A stretch of DNA of 64,000 bases, from assembly GCA_963789265.1 (NCBI GenBank), contig CAWBKB010000001.1, positions 768,001-832,000 on the forward strand, read 5' to 3'. Made by a program: the position numbers and the translations under genes. Under the pieces are notes generated by a model. That model saw nothing but the letters and a program-made list of their open reading frames with translations, made no database searches and had not been told where the DNA came from. Of this stretch, positions 30,421-41,723 are shown in pieces (position 1 is the stretch's first letter; each line of letters starts with the position of its first letter). Source of the DNA: an uncultured delta proteobacterium (GTDB taxonomy: Bacteria > Desulfobacterota > Desulfomonilia > Desulfomonilales > Desulfomonilaceae).

Positions 30421-30634
30421 TACGACACTGTCTCAAAACCCTTGAACACGACGAAATCGTACCACGAATGCCCCTTTTCCCCGGCAATGTATTACCGGGC
30501 TACTGTCCCCGGTCCCTGCGGGGCGCCAGCACTTGAGCCCCATTGGGGCGATTGAGAGTAGCCCGGCACTTTAGTGCCGGGCTGCCATCGTGCCACGATT
30601 CCGAGCATCAAAATAGTTTTGAGACAGTTTCATA
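30421..30634. mobile_element. MITE-like element
   Basis: Perfect 13-bp TIR ACTGTCTCAAAAC (30427-30439 / 30616-30628), extendable with 2 mismatches; internal palindromes; second partial copy at 26194-26290. Confidence 0.7.
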
Positions 30635-30664
30635 CTGAGATTCACTCTTGAATCTTCCTTCAGG

Positions 30665-32065
30665 CTAGCCTTCGGCCGAAGTATCAGAAGGAGGTTGGTC
30701 TATCTCATATTCTTTGAGCTTGTGTTGTAGCGTCCGACGGGTTATGCCCAGGACACGAGCGGAATGGGTCCGATTGCCGTCGTTGTCTTCGAGGGTTTTA
30801 ATTATTAGCTCGCGCTCCATTTCACGTATGGTCATGCCCGGTCGTATACCTTCGAGCATCCCCTTGGAGAGGGGATCACCAGTAGCTTCCCGGATCGATT
30901 CCGGAAGTTCGGAAAACGGAACATAATCGTCCCGCGTGAGAATAACTGCCCGCTCCACTACGTTTTCCAGCTCCCGAATGTTCCCGGGCCACGAATAGCG
31001 CATGAGCGCATCCAATGCTCGAGGGTGGAACCCTTGAAGATTACGCCCATTTTTTTCGTTGTAGATTTTTAGAAAATGCTCGATGAGCAGAGGAATGTCT
31101 TCTTTTCTTTCCCTTAAACCGGGCAAGAGGATGGGGACAACATTGAGCCTGTAAAAGAGGTCCTCGCGAAACGTTCCCTTCTTCACCTCATCTTTGAGTA
31201 CTCTGTTGGATGCAGTGATTATCCGAATGTCCACCTTCACGGTGCGGGTGGAGCCCAACGGCTCAAACTCTCTTTCCTGGAGGACACGGAGCAGCTTGGA
31301 CTGCGTAGCCAAACTCATTTCGCCGATCTCGTCCAGGAATATGCTGCCGCCGTCAGCAAGTTCGAAACGACCAGGCCGCCGGCCGACAGCGCCGGTGAAG
31401 GCCCCTTTTTCATGCCCGAAAAGCTCGCTCTCTAACAGGGTCTCAGGAAGAGCAGCACAATTGACCTTGATGAATCGCTTTTCCGTCCTGGTCGAACCCT
31501 GGTGCAGAGCATTGGCAATCAACTCCTTGCCTGTTCCGGATTCGCCGAGGATCAGCACCGAAGCTTCCGTAGGAGCCACCATTGCAACCGTTTCCAGGAC
31601 TTCCTTCATCTTCACCGAGCGCCCCACGATGCGCGACGCATCGAAGAGGTTCTCTATCCGCCTTCGTTGAAGAAGGTTGTCTTCTTTAAGCCTCCAGAAC
31701 TCCAGCGATTGTTGGACTTTTATCTTAAGCTCCTCAATGTCCAGAGGCTTCGTGAGGTAATCGTGGGCTCCGGCTTGCAGAGCTTCGACCGCAGTCTCAA
31801 CAGACGCATAAGCCGTTATGATGATCACCGGGATTCCCGGAGATATTTGTTTTATTTGTTTGAGCGCTTCAATGCCATCCATATTGGACATTCTGTTATC
31901 CATAAGGATCAAATCGAAGAACTCATTGGAGACTTTGGAGATGGCATCACTGCCGTCGTCCGCCTCAAAGACCCGATATCCCTCCAGTGAGAGGTTTGCC
32001 TGAAGCATTTTTCGCTGGGATGGTTCGTCATCTACGACGAGGATCTTTTCCTTAATATCTGTCAT
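30665..32065 (-). CDS. Sigma54-dependent response regulator (ZraR/AtoC-like)
   Basis: REC domain, GESGTGKE, GAFTGA, WPGNIRELEN, Fis HTH. Confidence 0.96.
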   Translation of the reverse strand: MTDIKEKILVVDDEPSQRKMLQANLSLEGYRVFEADDGSDAISKVSNEFFDLILMDNRMSNMDGIEALKQIKQISPGIPVIIITAYASVETAVEALQAGAHDYLTKPLDIEELKIKVQQSLEFWRLKEDNLLQRRRIENLFDASRIVGRSVKMKEVLETVAMVAPTEASVLILGESGTGKELIANALHQGSTRTEKRFIKVNCAALPETLLESELFGHEKGAFTGAVGRRPGRFELADGGSIFLDEIGEMSLATQSKLLRVLQEREFEPLGSTRTVKVDIRIITASNRVLKDEVKKGTFREDLFYRLNVVPILLPGLRERKEDIPLLIEHFLKIYNEKNGRNLQGFHPRALDALMRYSWPGNIRELENVVERAVILTRDDYVPFSELPESIREATGDPLSKGMLEGIRPGMTIREMERELIIKTLEDNDGNRTHSARVLGITRRTLQHKLKEYEIDQPPSDTSAEG

Positions 32066-32124
32066 TGAATTCCCTATGTACGAATATGAGCGCGGGTCGA
32101 AGCCGGATGAATGAGCGACAGCGC

Positions 32125-33946
32125 TCAGATAGGAGAGGCTGCATCCGGTGATCTGCCCAAGTTCACGGTGGTCTCTTGGATTTCATTTTGATTGGACGCT
32201 CGATACGCGGCCAGCGTAACAATGAACCGACTTCCCTTGCCCTTTTCCGACTCTACCTCGATCTCTCCATCGTGCCCTTGGATAATGCTCTTGACAATAG
32301 CCAATCCCAAACCCGTCCCCTTCTTCTTGGTCGTAAAGAAAGGATCAAAGAGCTTGTCGAGATCTTCACGCGGGATTCCGCCGCCGGTGTCTTCTACGGC
32401 TATCTGCACGCGGCCCTTGCCGTCGCTCTCATGGCCCACGATCACCTTTCCACCCTTGGGAGTTGCCTCGATGGCGTTGATGAGAATGTTGAGGAAGACC
32501 TGGGTCATCTGATCAGTATCCATCATGACAAGCGGAAGATCGTTTCCACAGGGGTTCCGAACCAGTTCCACCCCTGCCTCCGCCGCCTCCCGTTCCACCA
32601 CTCGGATACAGTGATCCAGGATTTCATCGGGAGATCTGATGCCTAAGCGGGGTTCACGAGGTTTGGAATAAGCAAGAAGTTTGGAAATCACTCTGTTCAG
32701 GCGATCAACTTCCGTGAGCATCAAATCCGTATAACGATAATCCTCTACATCAAGTGGAAGCTTCTTCTGAAAGTACTGTATGAAACCGCGGATTGAATTG
32801 AGTGGATTGCGTATCTCATGAGCCACTCCCGCAGAGAGACGGCCCAGCGCCGCGAACTTTTCGCTCACGATAACTTTCTGTTCCAGTTCGCGAATCAGCG
32901 TGAGATCCCTTAGGATTACCACGGCTCCGCGAGTGATCGAGGATTCCGGATCTTTGAGCGGTGAGACTGAAACGCCTACAAAGCTTTTGCCTTTCCCTTC
33001 AGTGGACAGCTTTACTTCTTTCTCCAGAACCGCGTCGGTATCCGACAAAACGCGCCTGATCTCGTCGTCAATGGGCAAGAGTTCTGAAATCGGACGTCCC
33101 TCCACCTCTTCCTTGGGCTTCCTGAGAATTTCGAGCGCCGTGGGATTGAAGGTTGCCACCCTCAGAGAGCGATCGACCGATATAAGCCCATTTGCCATGC
33201 TCTCCAGGACGTTTCGCGTATAGGTCCGCATTTCGTCGAGAGTGCGACGAACCAGATACGCGTTCTGGACCACGAAAATGAAATATACACTGGCAGACCC
33301 GATAACAAAAAGCACGGCTCCCATAAATATCGCAAAAAGTACGTCCTGATGCTGGATCTGCTTGAAACGGTCCATTTTTAAACCAAGGAACAGGACCTGC
33401 TTTTGCTGGCGGTCAAATACATCCAACAACTCTTTGCCTATACGTGTGTGGCGGGCAATAAGATCCTTCTGGGCAATTTGATCCGGGAATGGGGTGAAAG
33501 GCTTCCAGATTTCGAATATCTGTCGTCCGTCCGGCAACCCCCGCTTGAAGGAAAGTGGTTCCCCGGTGCGTATCACTGTGTTGACCACATTCATTTCACT
33601 TCCCATCAAGAGGCGGAGGCCGATCTTGGCCGGTTCGCTGTGCGCGATGATGACTCCGTCGCTGTTGATGAGACCTACCCATTCGACGTCAGGATCTTTC
33701 GCCGCCTGTTCGATGAGCATCTGAAGATGTTCGATACCCCAGTCGCCTTCCATAAATCCCGTACCAGGTACCTGCCTCCAATGTACGTATGACTGAAACT
33801 CCCTGTCGGATGGTAAACTCTTCCATGCGCTCATTCTGGGTATTTATGTTGCGAAGGGTAAAGAGGATGACGATCACAAGAAGGATCCCCGCCACCAGCA
33901 CGATGGACAAAACGGGGAGATATTTTAAAAATACCCTGGACTTCAT
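32125..33946 (-). CDS. Membrane PAS sensor histidine kinase (ZraS-like; +1 frameshift near 33765)
   Basis: 2 TM, PAS, AHEIRNPL, DTGGGI, GTGLGL; N-terminus lies in ORF 33689..33973. Confidence 0.92.
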
Positions 33947-34464
33947 CTTATTCGGTCCGCGAGCGCGAATCACCTTTCATTCCGAACCCGCATAAGCGAG
34001 AATGCGCGCCGAAGCAGCGACATCACAAAATGAGACAATTGGGTGCGTCAGCGGATTTTTCTCCGAGGTCGGCGCGATTTGATCTTGGCGAATAACGGCC
34101 ATGATACGACCCGTGATTCGGGGTGTCCCGCAAGAGGACTATTGAAGTTTTACCATCTTCCGCGCCAACCTTCAACCTGCATACTCGAACCTACCGGACC
34201 GAGCGGAGTCTATAGGTGTGGGTACCACGGAGAACGGAAAGTTATCTTAATTTGGTCCGGGCACCAAAAGTGGTTGAAAATCTACCGGAAGTGTGTTAAG
34301 CATACACATTAGCAAGTGGGGTTAACTGACAAAACATATTAGTTAATTCTGTATTGCTGGTGTAAGTTTTCCCCGGCATGCCGAACTTCAAGCCCGGATT
34401 TACATCCGTTAGGCTCGCACAAGAGGCGAATCAACCATCCCAAGCAGATTGAGACGAGCAGCCC

Positions 34465-35074
34465 ATGATCCAAACCAATGCTGACGTGCCTGAAATCTCT
34501 TTGGTTGCCAAAGGACGCGAATTCCTGGAGAAAGGGGATATTCCTGCCGCCTTGGAATGTTACAGGCAGGTTTACGACCCTGATGCGCTCGATGAGACCG
34601 AAGCCCGCAACATGTTAATCGAAGCCCGCGCTCACCTTTCTCGTAAGCACCTTCTGGAGGCCCTGGAAAGCTTCGAGGAGGCGCTGATGATGGGGACGGA
34701 CGTCCAACGGCGGCAGGCCTTGGACGGGATATCTGCTCTCGGGGAAATCAGGGTCGGCCTGCGTTCCCTGACGGCGAGCCTGAAAAAGGGACTCAAAGAA
34801 GTCTTCGGCCAGCAAAGACTGAGTTCATGGGGAATCGCTCTCATTTCGGATGGAGAAAACTTTGTTCTTATCTCCGAGGAAGCTGTTCAGAGTCTGCCGG
34901 CTTCTCTGGCAAAGGTAGGGAGGATTAGTCGGCTTCCCTCACATCTGGCGGATTATCAATTACCCTTTGAGACGAATAAGTGTATCCCGTACGTGAATGA
35001 AGATGACGTACGGTTCGATTCTCGATGTGGCCGCGGCTCTGAGGGATTCACGACAGCCTGCGCGAACCCTGTGA
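34465..35074 (+). CDS. TPR-like hypothetical protein (+1 frameshift near 35017)
   Basis: Helical repeats; corrected end RFILDVAAALRDSRQPARTL*. Confidence 0.65.
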
Positions 35075-35107
35075 AGGGGGCAGTGGCTTTCCCGGCGGAG
35101 CAGTTTG

Positions 35108-35310
35108 GTAGGGGCGGGTTTCAAACCCGCCCCTACATGTTGTCATGCCTGTGCATGCGGGCAATGTAGGAGCGACCGGCGGTCGCCCAGGGCGAATGCC
35201 ATTCGCCCCTACAGGCCCCGGATCGAAGTCCGGGTCGATCTCGCGTTCCGCGCGGGATGCCTCACCATATCCTCGCCGGGATTGTTACTCCTTTGCCGGT
35301 GCATCGGTCT
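35108..35310. repeat. GTAG-type REP cluster plus composite repeat
   Basis: gtaggggcgggtttcaaacccgcccctac (35108-35136); doublet 35166-35212; tail homologous to 1-125. Confidence 0.85.
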
Positions 35311-35482
35311 CACGTCATGTTCTTGGGCATGGAGGCCGTGGCGCGATTCCCGCGCCAACTTGAATTCGAGCGCGCTATTTCGACGCTCTCCCGCCAGGCC
35401 TGTCTGGCAGCCTTGACAGTGGCTCGATAATTAATTACATCTGTGCCACCCGACGATGGGCCGATGATTATACTTTATTGAT

Positions 35483-35929
35483 ATGAGGCAGCCTTCTTTG
35501 CGCATTCTTGGTTTGGACTTAGGATCGAAGAGAATCGGAATCGCACTCAGTGACGAATTGGGATTCACTGCTCAGGGAATGGAGACGCTGGTCTGTGGCA
35601 CCTTGGAAGAGGACGTCGATCGTATCGTGGAGCTTGCCACCAAACATGGAGTTCAAGAAATTGTGGTGGGGATGCCATACAATATGGACGGGAGTGAGGG
35701 GCCACAGGTCCGCAAGGTACGAGCATTTATGGAACTCATCAGCCGGCGGTTAAATATCCCCCTGCGTGAGTGGGATGAACGGCTGTCAACCGTGGCCGCG
35801 GAACGGACTTTGTTGGAAGCTGACATGAGCCGTTCGAAGCGCCGTAAGGTAATCGACAAGCTTGCCGCGGTTATAATTCTCCAGGGCTATCTGGATAGCC
35901 AATATTCCAGGGGAATGTCTCGATCATGA
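35483..35929 (+). CDS. ruvX: RuvX/YqgF pre-16S rRNA nuclease
   Basis: LGLDLGSKRIGIA, WDERLST, IDKLAAVIILQ. Confidence 0.95.
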   Translation: MRQPSLRILGLDLGSKRIGIALSDELGFTAQGMETLVCGTLEEDVDRIVELATKHGVQEIVVGMPYNMDGSEGPQVRKVRAFMELISRRLNIPLREWDERLSTVAAERTLLEADMSRSKRRKVIDKLAAVIILQGYLDSQYSRGMSRS

Positions 35930-36988
35930 GATCTCCGATTATTTCTGCGATAAAGATTGTGGTGGTCGTCTCGGTCCTGACAGGGTTGGGTGTCGCGGGG
36001 TACTGGGCTTATTCTCGACTGCCCGGCCTTCTTAATGAGTTGGCCTCGCCTCAAACCAAGGCTCCAACGCCCGCGGGCAAGGAAGTGATAGTAACAATTC
36101 CCAAGGGGGCTTCCCTTTCTCAGGTAGGGACTATTCTGCAGGCGAACGGGATAATCTCGAGCAGGCTTTTGTTCAAACTCGTGGCAATGATCCGCGGTGA
36201 GCAGCGCAAGATCAAGGCGGGGGACTATGCCCTGAAAACCGGTAGCGACGCCGGGGACGTGCTGGATCAGTTAATCTCCGGCAAAACCTTTGTGATTTCA
36301 CTCACCATTCCCGAAGGCTACAACATATTCCAGGTCGCCGATCTGTTTGAGAAAGCCGAGATAATGTCCAGAAATGACTTCGTGAATGTGGCTTGCGACG
36401 CTGCCTTCCTCAAAGAATTGGGAGTAGAAGGGACTTCTTTAGAAGGGTACCTTTTCCCGGATACATACTTCCTTCGGCCGTCGGAGATGAGTGATGGGAA
36501 GCTGATCATTCGCAAAATGGTGCAGAGGTTCCATGAAGTGTACGACAATTACGCGCGGGCAAAAGCCGAAGAGAAAGGGTGGACGACTCTCCAGGTGGTT
36601 ACGTTGGCCTCGCTCATAGAAAAGGAAGCCAAGCCGTCGGAGCACCGTCTTGTTTCCGCTGTATTTCACAACCGTTTACGCCACAACATGCGTCTCCAAT
36701 CAGATCCGACGGTCATCTACGGGATCAAGCCCATGGGTTCAAAGATCACGCGTGAGGATCTAAACCGGAAACAACCGTACAACACTTATCAGATCCTGGG
36801 GCTCCCCCCCGGCCCTATCGCGAATCCCGGCAAGGAATCTCTTATCGGCGCGGTAAATCCTGCCGACGTTGATTATCTCTACTTCGTCGCCAAAAATGAC
36901 GGAACGCATCAGTTTCTCATCGAGTCTTCAAGAGCACAACCGCTGGGTCAACCTTTACCAGCGGCAGTCCCGCCATATTGTTCGCTGA
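35926..36988 (+). CDS. mltG: Endolytic transglycosylase MltG (+1 frameshift near 36914)
   Basis: LEGYLFPDTY, LASLIEKE, LQSDPT, YNTY..GLPPGPI; corrected end HQFSSSLQEHNRWVNLYQ..VR*. Confidence 0.93.
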
Positions 36989-36996
36989 GTCGATTC

Positions 36997-37269
36997 TTAG
37001 AAGTTGTTCTCCATATTCCAGGGCTGCTGCCTTTTCTTTTGCCACTCATCCCATTTTGTTCTCGCTTCGCTGGGAGGCGGCACAAGGTTGGAGAGGGTTT
37101 TAAGCCCCGGAATGTGTCGTGAAGCCCAGCTCTCCTCGTCGGCGTCCAACGCGGACTTTCCAGCGTCAAACCCTGCCTTTATCGGGCTTCCGGTATGCAA
37201 GGCTGAACATGAGGCAAGGAGGGTGACAGCGAAGAACATTGTGAGGCAGCACGCTGAAATCCATTTCAT
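36997..37269 (-). CDS. Small lipoprotein
   Basis: Signal peptide with LASC lipobox. Confidence 0.65.
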   Translation of the reverse strand: MKWISACCLTMFFAVTLLASCSALHTGSPIKAGFDAGKSALDADEESWASRHIPGLKTLSNLVPPPSEARTKWDEWQKKRQQPWNMENNF

Positions 37270-37560
37270 TAAAATTACCTCTGTTGGCAATTAGTTGATG
37301 CGCTACAGCCAACCCGAGGCGGGCTTATATCTCTTATTGTTTATCATCACAAGAAATTTATGGCGTACCTAAAAAAAATTATCAATCCCATGTACCTAAC
37401 TTCCGGTGCCCCATGATTCGTCTAAGAATATATTGGAAGTTGGGGAAAAAAAAGCCTTATGATGGGAGCAAAAGACGAAAGAACTCTATCCCGGGCGGTT
37501 ACGACTGACGTGCAATAGAAGGCCGAAATAAGGCAACTCGACAGGCCGCCGCTTATATGC

Positions 37561-38073
37561 TCACTTAGATTCGAACCTCTCGCGATCGGTGTTCGCTTCT
37601 TCACCGGCCCCCAACCACTTTTCCATTACCAATGCGTCATCCTTTGAGGCAGCGTAGTACTGTTTTCGAAATCCGATGGAGCGAAAACCTATTCTCCGGT
37701 AGAGCCGTCTGGCGGGTAGATTGCGTCTGCCCACTTCCAGAATGAGGCGCTTGACTCCCTTCTGCAAACACCAGAATTCCAGATATGCCAAAATTGCCGT
37801 GCCGTGGCCTCTGCCCCGTTGTTCAGGATGCACTGCTATGTTCATGATATGAGCCTCATCCAAAACCACCCAGAAACAGATGTACCCGACCATTTTCCCC
37901 TCCAGTCGGAAGACCAGGAGTCGTGCATTGCGGTTGCCCAACTCTTCCAGGAACATGTCTCTTGACCACGGGCTGGTAAAAGAAGCCTTTTCTATGGCTA
38001 ACACATCCTCCAGGTCTGATAGCTGCATCTGCACTGGCTGTAGGGGGGAGTTCAATCGCATCCTGTTGTCCAT
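37561..38073 (-). CDS. rimI: Ribosomal protein S18 alanine N-acetyltransferase
   Basis: IEKASFTSPW, EAHIMNIAVHP, LEV..N..ARRLY, YY..DALVM. Confidence 0.92.
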   Translation of the reverse strand: MDNRMRLNSPLQPVQMQLSDLEDVLAIEKASFTSPWSRDMFLEELGNRNARLLVFRLEGKMVGYICFWVVLDEAHIMNIAVHPEQRGRGHGTAILAYLEFWCLQKGVKRLILEVGRRNLPARRLYRRIGFRSIGFRKQYYAASKDDALVMEKWLGAGEEANTDRERFESK

Positions 38074-38186
38074 TCAATTCGCTCGAAACAATGCTTTCTT
38101 GAATGTACTCCGGCGCAGGAAAAACGCAAGCTGAGCTTGAGGAAGTTGTATGCATTCAGTTACAGCCGGAATTTACGGGTGGCTTC

Positions 38187-38265
38187 GTAGGGTGGGCTTT
38201 CTAGCCCGCCATTGAACAGGGGTTTCCCCGGCAGGCTGTCCCGCGCCTCGCGGGACTGCCCCACA
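38187..38265. repeat. GTAG-type REP pair with an inserted 19-bp hairpin
   Basis: gtagggtgggctttctagcccgcc ... ggcaggct GTCCCGCGCCTCGCGGGAC tgccccac. Confidence 0.7.
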
Positions 38266-38514
38266 AGACTGAATGGTTAGAAGAAGTTCCGGCAGGCGAG
38301 AAGAACCCGAGCCTTGCCGCCCACGCGAGTCGCAGGCTCACGGCAATCTAGGCGAGCAGACAGATGTTCCTTCAAGACCCGGTATTCCGCGGGTGACTCG
38401 TGCAAAGGATTATTCTTATGACTACGGGAATTTTGCGGATTTTAAACGGGAGAGAAAAGAGACTCTAAGGACCGTAGACCTCAACCGGCCGGTAATTAAG
38501 CCTAACGAGAGCCT

Positions 38515-38952
38515 TCAGCCTTGTTTTTCGCCTGCTGCTCGCTTAGCGAGCCTCTGTCTCAGGAATTCGCTTGCCAGATAGATATTCTCTTTGCCGGCTT
38601 CGGAAGCGATCTTCGCCAAAGCCCGAAGATCGTAGTCCGCTTTGCCGTTGATGGCCTTGATAATCATTGGGAGATTCAGACCGGTTACAACCTCGACTTT
38701 CCCGTCTTCCAGGAAGGAAAGTGATAAATTGGTAGGGGTCCCGCCGAAAAGATCGGTCAGAATGAGCACTCCGTTGCCACGATCAACGCTCTTGATGGAT
38801 TCGGCCACCTGATCCCGAAGCAGATCCGGCGAGTCAGTCGGATCAATGCCCAGAGCCAAGACGGATTCTTCCGAATTCAGCCCTATCAGGCGAGCCGTCG
38901 TGAGGAATTGTCGCCCAAGTTCTCCGTGAGTCAATAACAGGATTCCGATCAT
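38515..38952 (-). CDS. PTS mannose-class EIIA component
   Basis: MIGILLLTHG, LTDLFGGTPTN, GLNLPM. Confidence 0.93.
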   Translation of the reverse strand: MIGILLLTHGELGRQFLTTARLIGLNSEESVLALGIDPTDSPDLLRDQVAESIKSVDRGNGVLILTDLFGGTPTNLSLSFLEDGKVEVVTGLNLPMIIKAINGKADYDLRALAKIASEAGKENIYLASEFLRQRLAKRAAGEKQG

Positions 38953-38988
38953 GATTGAGTTACCCGATAATAGGCGATTACAACCGAA

Positions 38989-39849
38989 TTACGGGGCTAA
39001 TTCCCTATGTCTGACCTCTACGCTGGTAAAACCGTTTCGCTTCAGGAGCTTGGCCACGTGCTCCGCCACCGCAACCGATCTGTGGCGTCCTCCTGTGCAT
39101 CCTATCGAAATAGTAAGGTACTGCTTACCCTCTCGTATGTAAAGAGGTAAAAGAAAAACTAACATATCCTCGAGTTTTTCCAGGAACCGCGTCGTTACCT
39201 CGTGTGAGAATACCCAGGAAGATACCTCGAAATTCCTTCCGTCCAACTGTTTGAGTTCTTCTACAAAATAGGGATTAGGAAGAAATCTGACATCGAGAAC
39301 CAGGTCAGATTCCATTGGCACGCCCCGTCCGTATCCGAATGAGGTGACCACAATTTTGAGCGCGTCGCTGCGGAGTGTCCCAAAGATCTTCTTTATCTCC
39401 TCGCGCAACTGGTGCACAGTCATGTCCGAAGTGTCCATTACCCAGTCGGCCGTCTCTTTTATTTCACTAAGTTGCAGGCGCTCTCTTTTGATCCCGTCGA
39501 TAGCATTTCCGGTAGGGGCCAATGGGTGCTGGCGTCGTGTCTCGCTGTAGCGGCGCACAAGAACTTCGTCCCTCGCATCCAGGAAGAGAATTTCCAGTGA
39601 GGTTCCTGAGAGTTCCAACGAGTTAAATATGGCCGAATATCGTGGAAAGAATTTCCTCTGGCGCAAATCTATTACGAGGGCCAGGCGGGACAGTTCGGTC
39701 GACTGCGAGTTTACCAGCTCCAACAGTTTGGGGAGGAGATCAACGGGAAGGTTGTCTACGCAAAAGAAGCCGGCATCTTCAAGAGTGTGTGCTACGGTGG
39801 ATTTGCCGGATCCGGACATGCCCGTGACTATAACGACTTTTCTTTGCAT
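38989..39849 (-). CDS. rapZ: RNase adapter RapZ
   Basis: TGMSGSGKS, CVDNLP, TRRQHPL, DVRFLPNP, GCTGGRHRSV. Confidence 0.96.
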   Translation of the reverse strand: MQRKVVIVTGMSGSGKSTVAHTLEDAGFFCVDNLPVDLLPKLLELVNSQSTELSRLALVIDLRQRKFFPRYSAIFNSLELSGTSLEILFLDARDEVLVRRYSETRRQHPLAPTGNAIDGIKRERLQLSEIKETADWVMDTSDMTVHQLREEIKKIFGTLRSDALKIVVTSFGYGRGVPMESDLVLDVRFLPNPYFVEELKQLDGRNFEVSSWVFSHEVTTRFLEKLEDMLVFLLPLYIREGKQYLTISIGCTGGRHRSVAVAEHVAKLLKRNGFTSVEVRHRELAP

Positions 39850-40340
39850 TAAGGTGTGACCGTTCCGCTTTCTCTGAAATGCCATGCCAGAAGCTCGATC
39901 AGAAGTCCGGGGTCCACTCCGGTCGGCACCGGTACACGCACCGTCAAAAGGTCGTGTTCCAGTATGCGGAACCTCCCCGTTTCAGGGACAATCCGGCCCG
40001 CATCTGTGGGATGGTCATAGGTGTCCAGATCAACTATAAAGTCTATGGGTGCCGACGAAGCCACTGCATCGCGAAACAGGGTGTGGGCTGGAAAGACTCC
40101 CAAACCCCTAACTTCGATGCGAACTTCCTGTTCCACGGATCTGCCTATTGGCACCCCTTGGGGACCCCGGACCACTTCAACGAGATCATCCGATATCAGG
40201 CTGTGCCCCCGCCGCATAAGGCTGAGCGCTGCAAGCGATTTTCCCACTCCGGAGTGCCCGCGGATAAGCACCCCCACGCCGTGGACCTTTACCAGGACAC
40301 CTCTTATCTTCCTTTCATCCATTGCTTCGTTACATACCAT
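39849..40340 (-). CDS. hprK: HPr kinase/phosphorylase, catalytic domain only
   Basis: GVLIRGHSGVGKS, LISDD, IEVRGLG; only 163 aa. Confidence 0.8.
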   Translation of the reverse strand: MVCNEAMDERKIRGVLVKVHGVGVLIRGHSGVGKSLAALSLMRRGHSLISDDLVEVVRGPQGVPIGRSVEQEVRIEVRGLGVFPAHTLFRDAVASSAPIDFIVDLDTYDHPTDAGRIVPETGRFRILEHDLLTVRVPVPTGVDPGLLIELLAWHFRESGTVTP

Positions 40341-40456
40341 GCCCCGCCGAGCCGATCAATTGCAAGCCCACGGCAAATGGTGTACAAACACATTGACATC
40401 CGTTGTTATATATTATAATGTTCATATCTATATTTAAGAATAAGGGCGGAGGCCAA

Positions 40457-41119
40457 ATGAGATCCTCGCATATCAATTCAGCACACAAATTCTTTGTATT
40501 CGCATTGTTCGCCTTCTTCTTCTCAGGAACCGCATTCGCTTCTGACCTTGCCTCGGACGCAAACATTTTTATGTACCCTAAGCCGTTCAAAATTGCGGAT
40601 CTAAGATTACAGAATACTTCAGGCCAAATGGTATCTTTGGCTGATTTCAAAGGAAAGGTAGTACTTCTACATTTCTGGTCCATCCGATGCCCTGCCTGCC
40701 GTATGGAAGAGCCGCTTCTCCGCGCGGTCAAGAAGAATTATGGGCCGGCCGGCCTCGAAATCCTGTGGGTTGATCTGGTCGATCCACCTCAGGCCGTCGC
40801 GGAGCACGCTGCGACTAACAGGATGCCGATCCCGGTCCTCCACGGGAGCAGTCATGGGGCTAGTTTAAGGGTGGTAAACGTCGGCAGCAAGACTACAGCT
40901 TTCGTGGTAAATCTGGCAATGGAGGCTATCCTTGAAGTTCCGGCCTTTCCGACTACCTACATCATAGACTGCACGGGGAGCGCTGTCGGGTACAGCGTCG
41001 GCAGTGCCAGGTGGAATGACAAGAGTGCCGTCGGACTTATTCAGGCGCTGCTTGCGCAGAGGAAAACCTGTGCCTCTAACAGTTTCATGCCTGTACAAAA
41101 GCGGTACTCGATGCGGTAG
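40457..41119 (+). CDS. TlpA-family thiol-disulfide oxidoreductase
   Basis: Signal peptide, KGKVVLLHFWSIRCPAC, FPTTYIID. Confidence 0.88.
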   Translation: MRSSHINSAHKFFVFALFAFFFSGTAFASDLASDANIFMYPKPFKIADLRLQNTSGQMVSLADFKGKVVLLHFWSIRCPACRMEEPLLRAVKKNYGPAGLEILWVDLVDPPQAVAEHAATNRMPIPVLHGSSHGASLRVVNVGSKTTAFVVNLAMEAILEVPAFPTTYIIDCTGSAVGYSVGSARWNDKSAVGLIQALLAQRKTCASNSFMPVQKRYSMR

Positions 41120-41300
41120 CTCTTTGGTGTTATGTTCTGAAACGATACTACGGTTGCTCTTCCATTGGCGCGTATGGGACCAGGAGGAAGCTCTGTAACG
41201 CGAGGGCCGGATCGGCTCTTGTATATCACTCATTGGGTTGATCCTCCTTGTTTTCGCTTGACTTTTCTTTGACGCATTGCTAGCGTCTAGCGCGGACAGA

Positions 41301-41375
41301 AGGCGCGTAGCTCAGGGGGAGAGCATCACCTTGACGCGGTGAGGGTTTGGGGTTCAAATCCCCACGCGCCTACCA
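41301..41375 (+). tRNA. tRNA-Val (GAC)
   Basis: Acceptor AGGCGCG/CGCGCCT, D arm TAGCTCAG, anticodon arm TCACC-TTGACGC-GGTGA, GGTTCAAATCC, 3' ACCA. Confidence 0.96.
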
Positions 41376-41723
41376 ATCTAGGCAGAAGAGAGTTTTCCTT
41401 AGGAAAACTCCCCTCAAAGAGGAGGAGGGATATCGATTCGATGGCATTTAACGGGTTGTGGGACACACCCTCCGCCTTTGAAGCGAATCTTTTGAGAGCA
41501 TGAAGCCCTCCATCAAGATTCAGGTCCAAGGCACAAAGTTTTACCCGCCTGGCATCATTCCCGGAGAAATTCTAACGGAGCCGTCTGCTTCAGGTCTTCA
41601 GTGGGGCCACGCTCATCGTCTTTCTAAGAACTGTTATCGCAGGTTCCGGAAAAAGTTGATAGACATGTTTAGCAAAATGCGGCGTTTGTCCGCAGAATGG
41701 TTCTTTTTAAGGGGGCTTTTTAC

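Noticed and set aside
34322..34346. Imperfect palindrome TTAACTGA-N9-TTAGTTAA between divergent genes
   Set aside because: Single occurrence in AT-rich DNA; cannot be assigned to a regulator
41330..41720. Integrative element at tRNA-Val
   Set aside because: No integrase and no duplicated tRNA 3' end seen in the window
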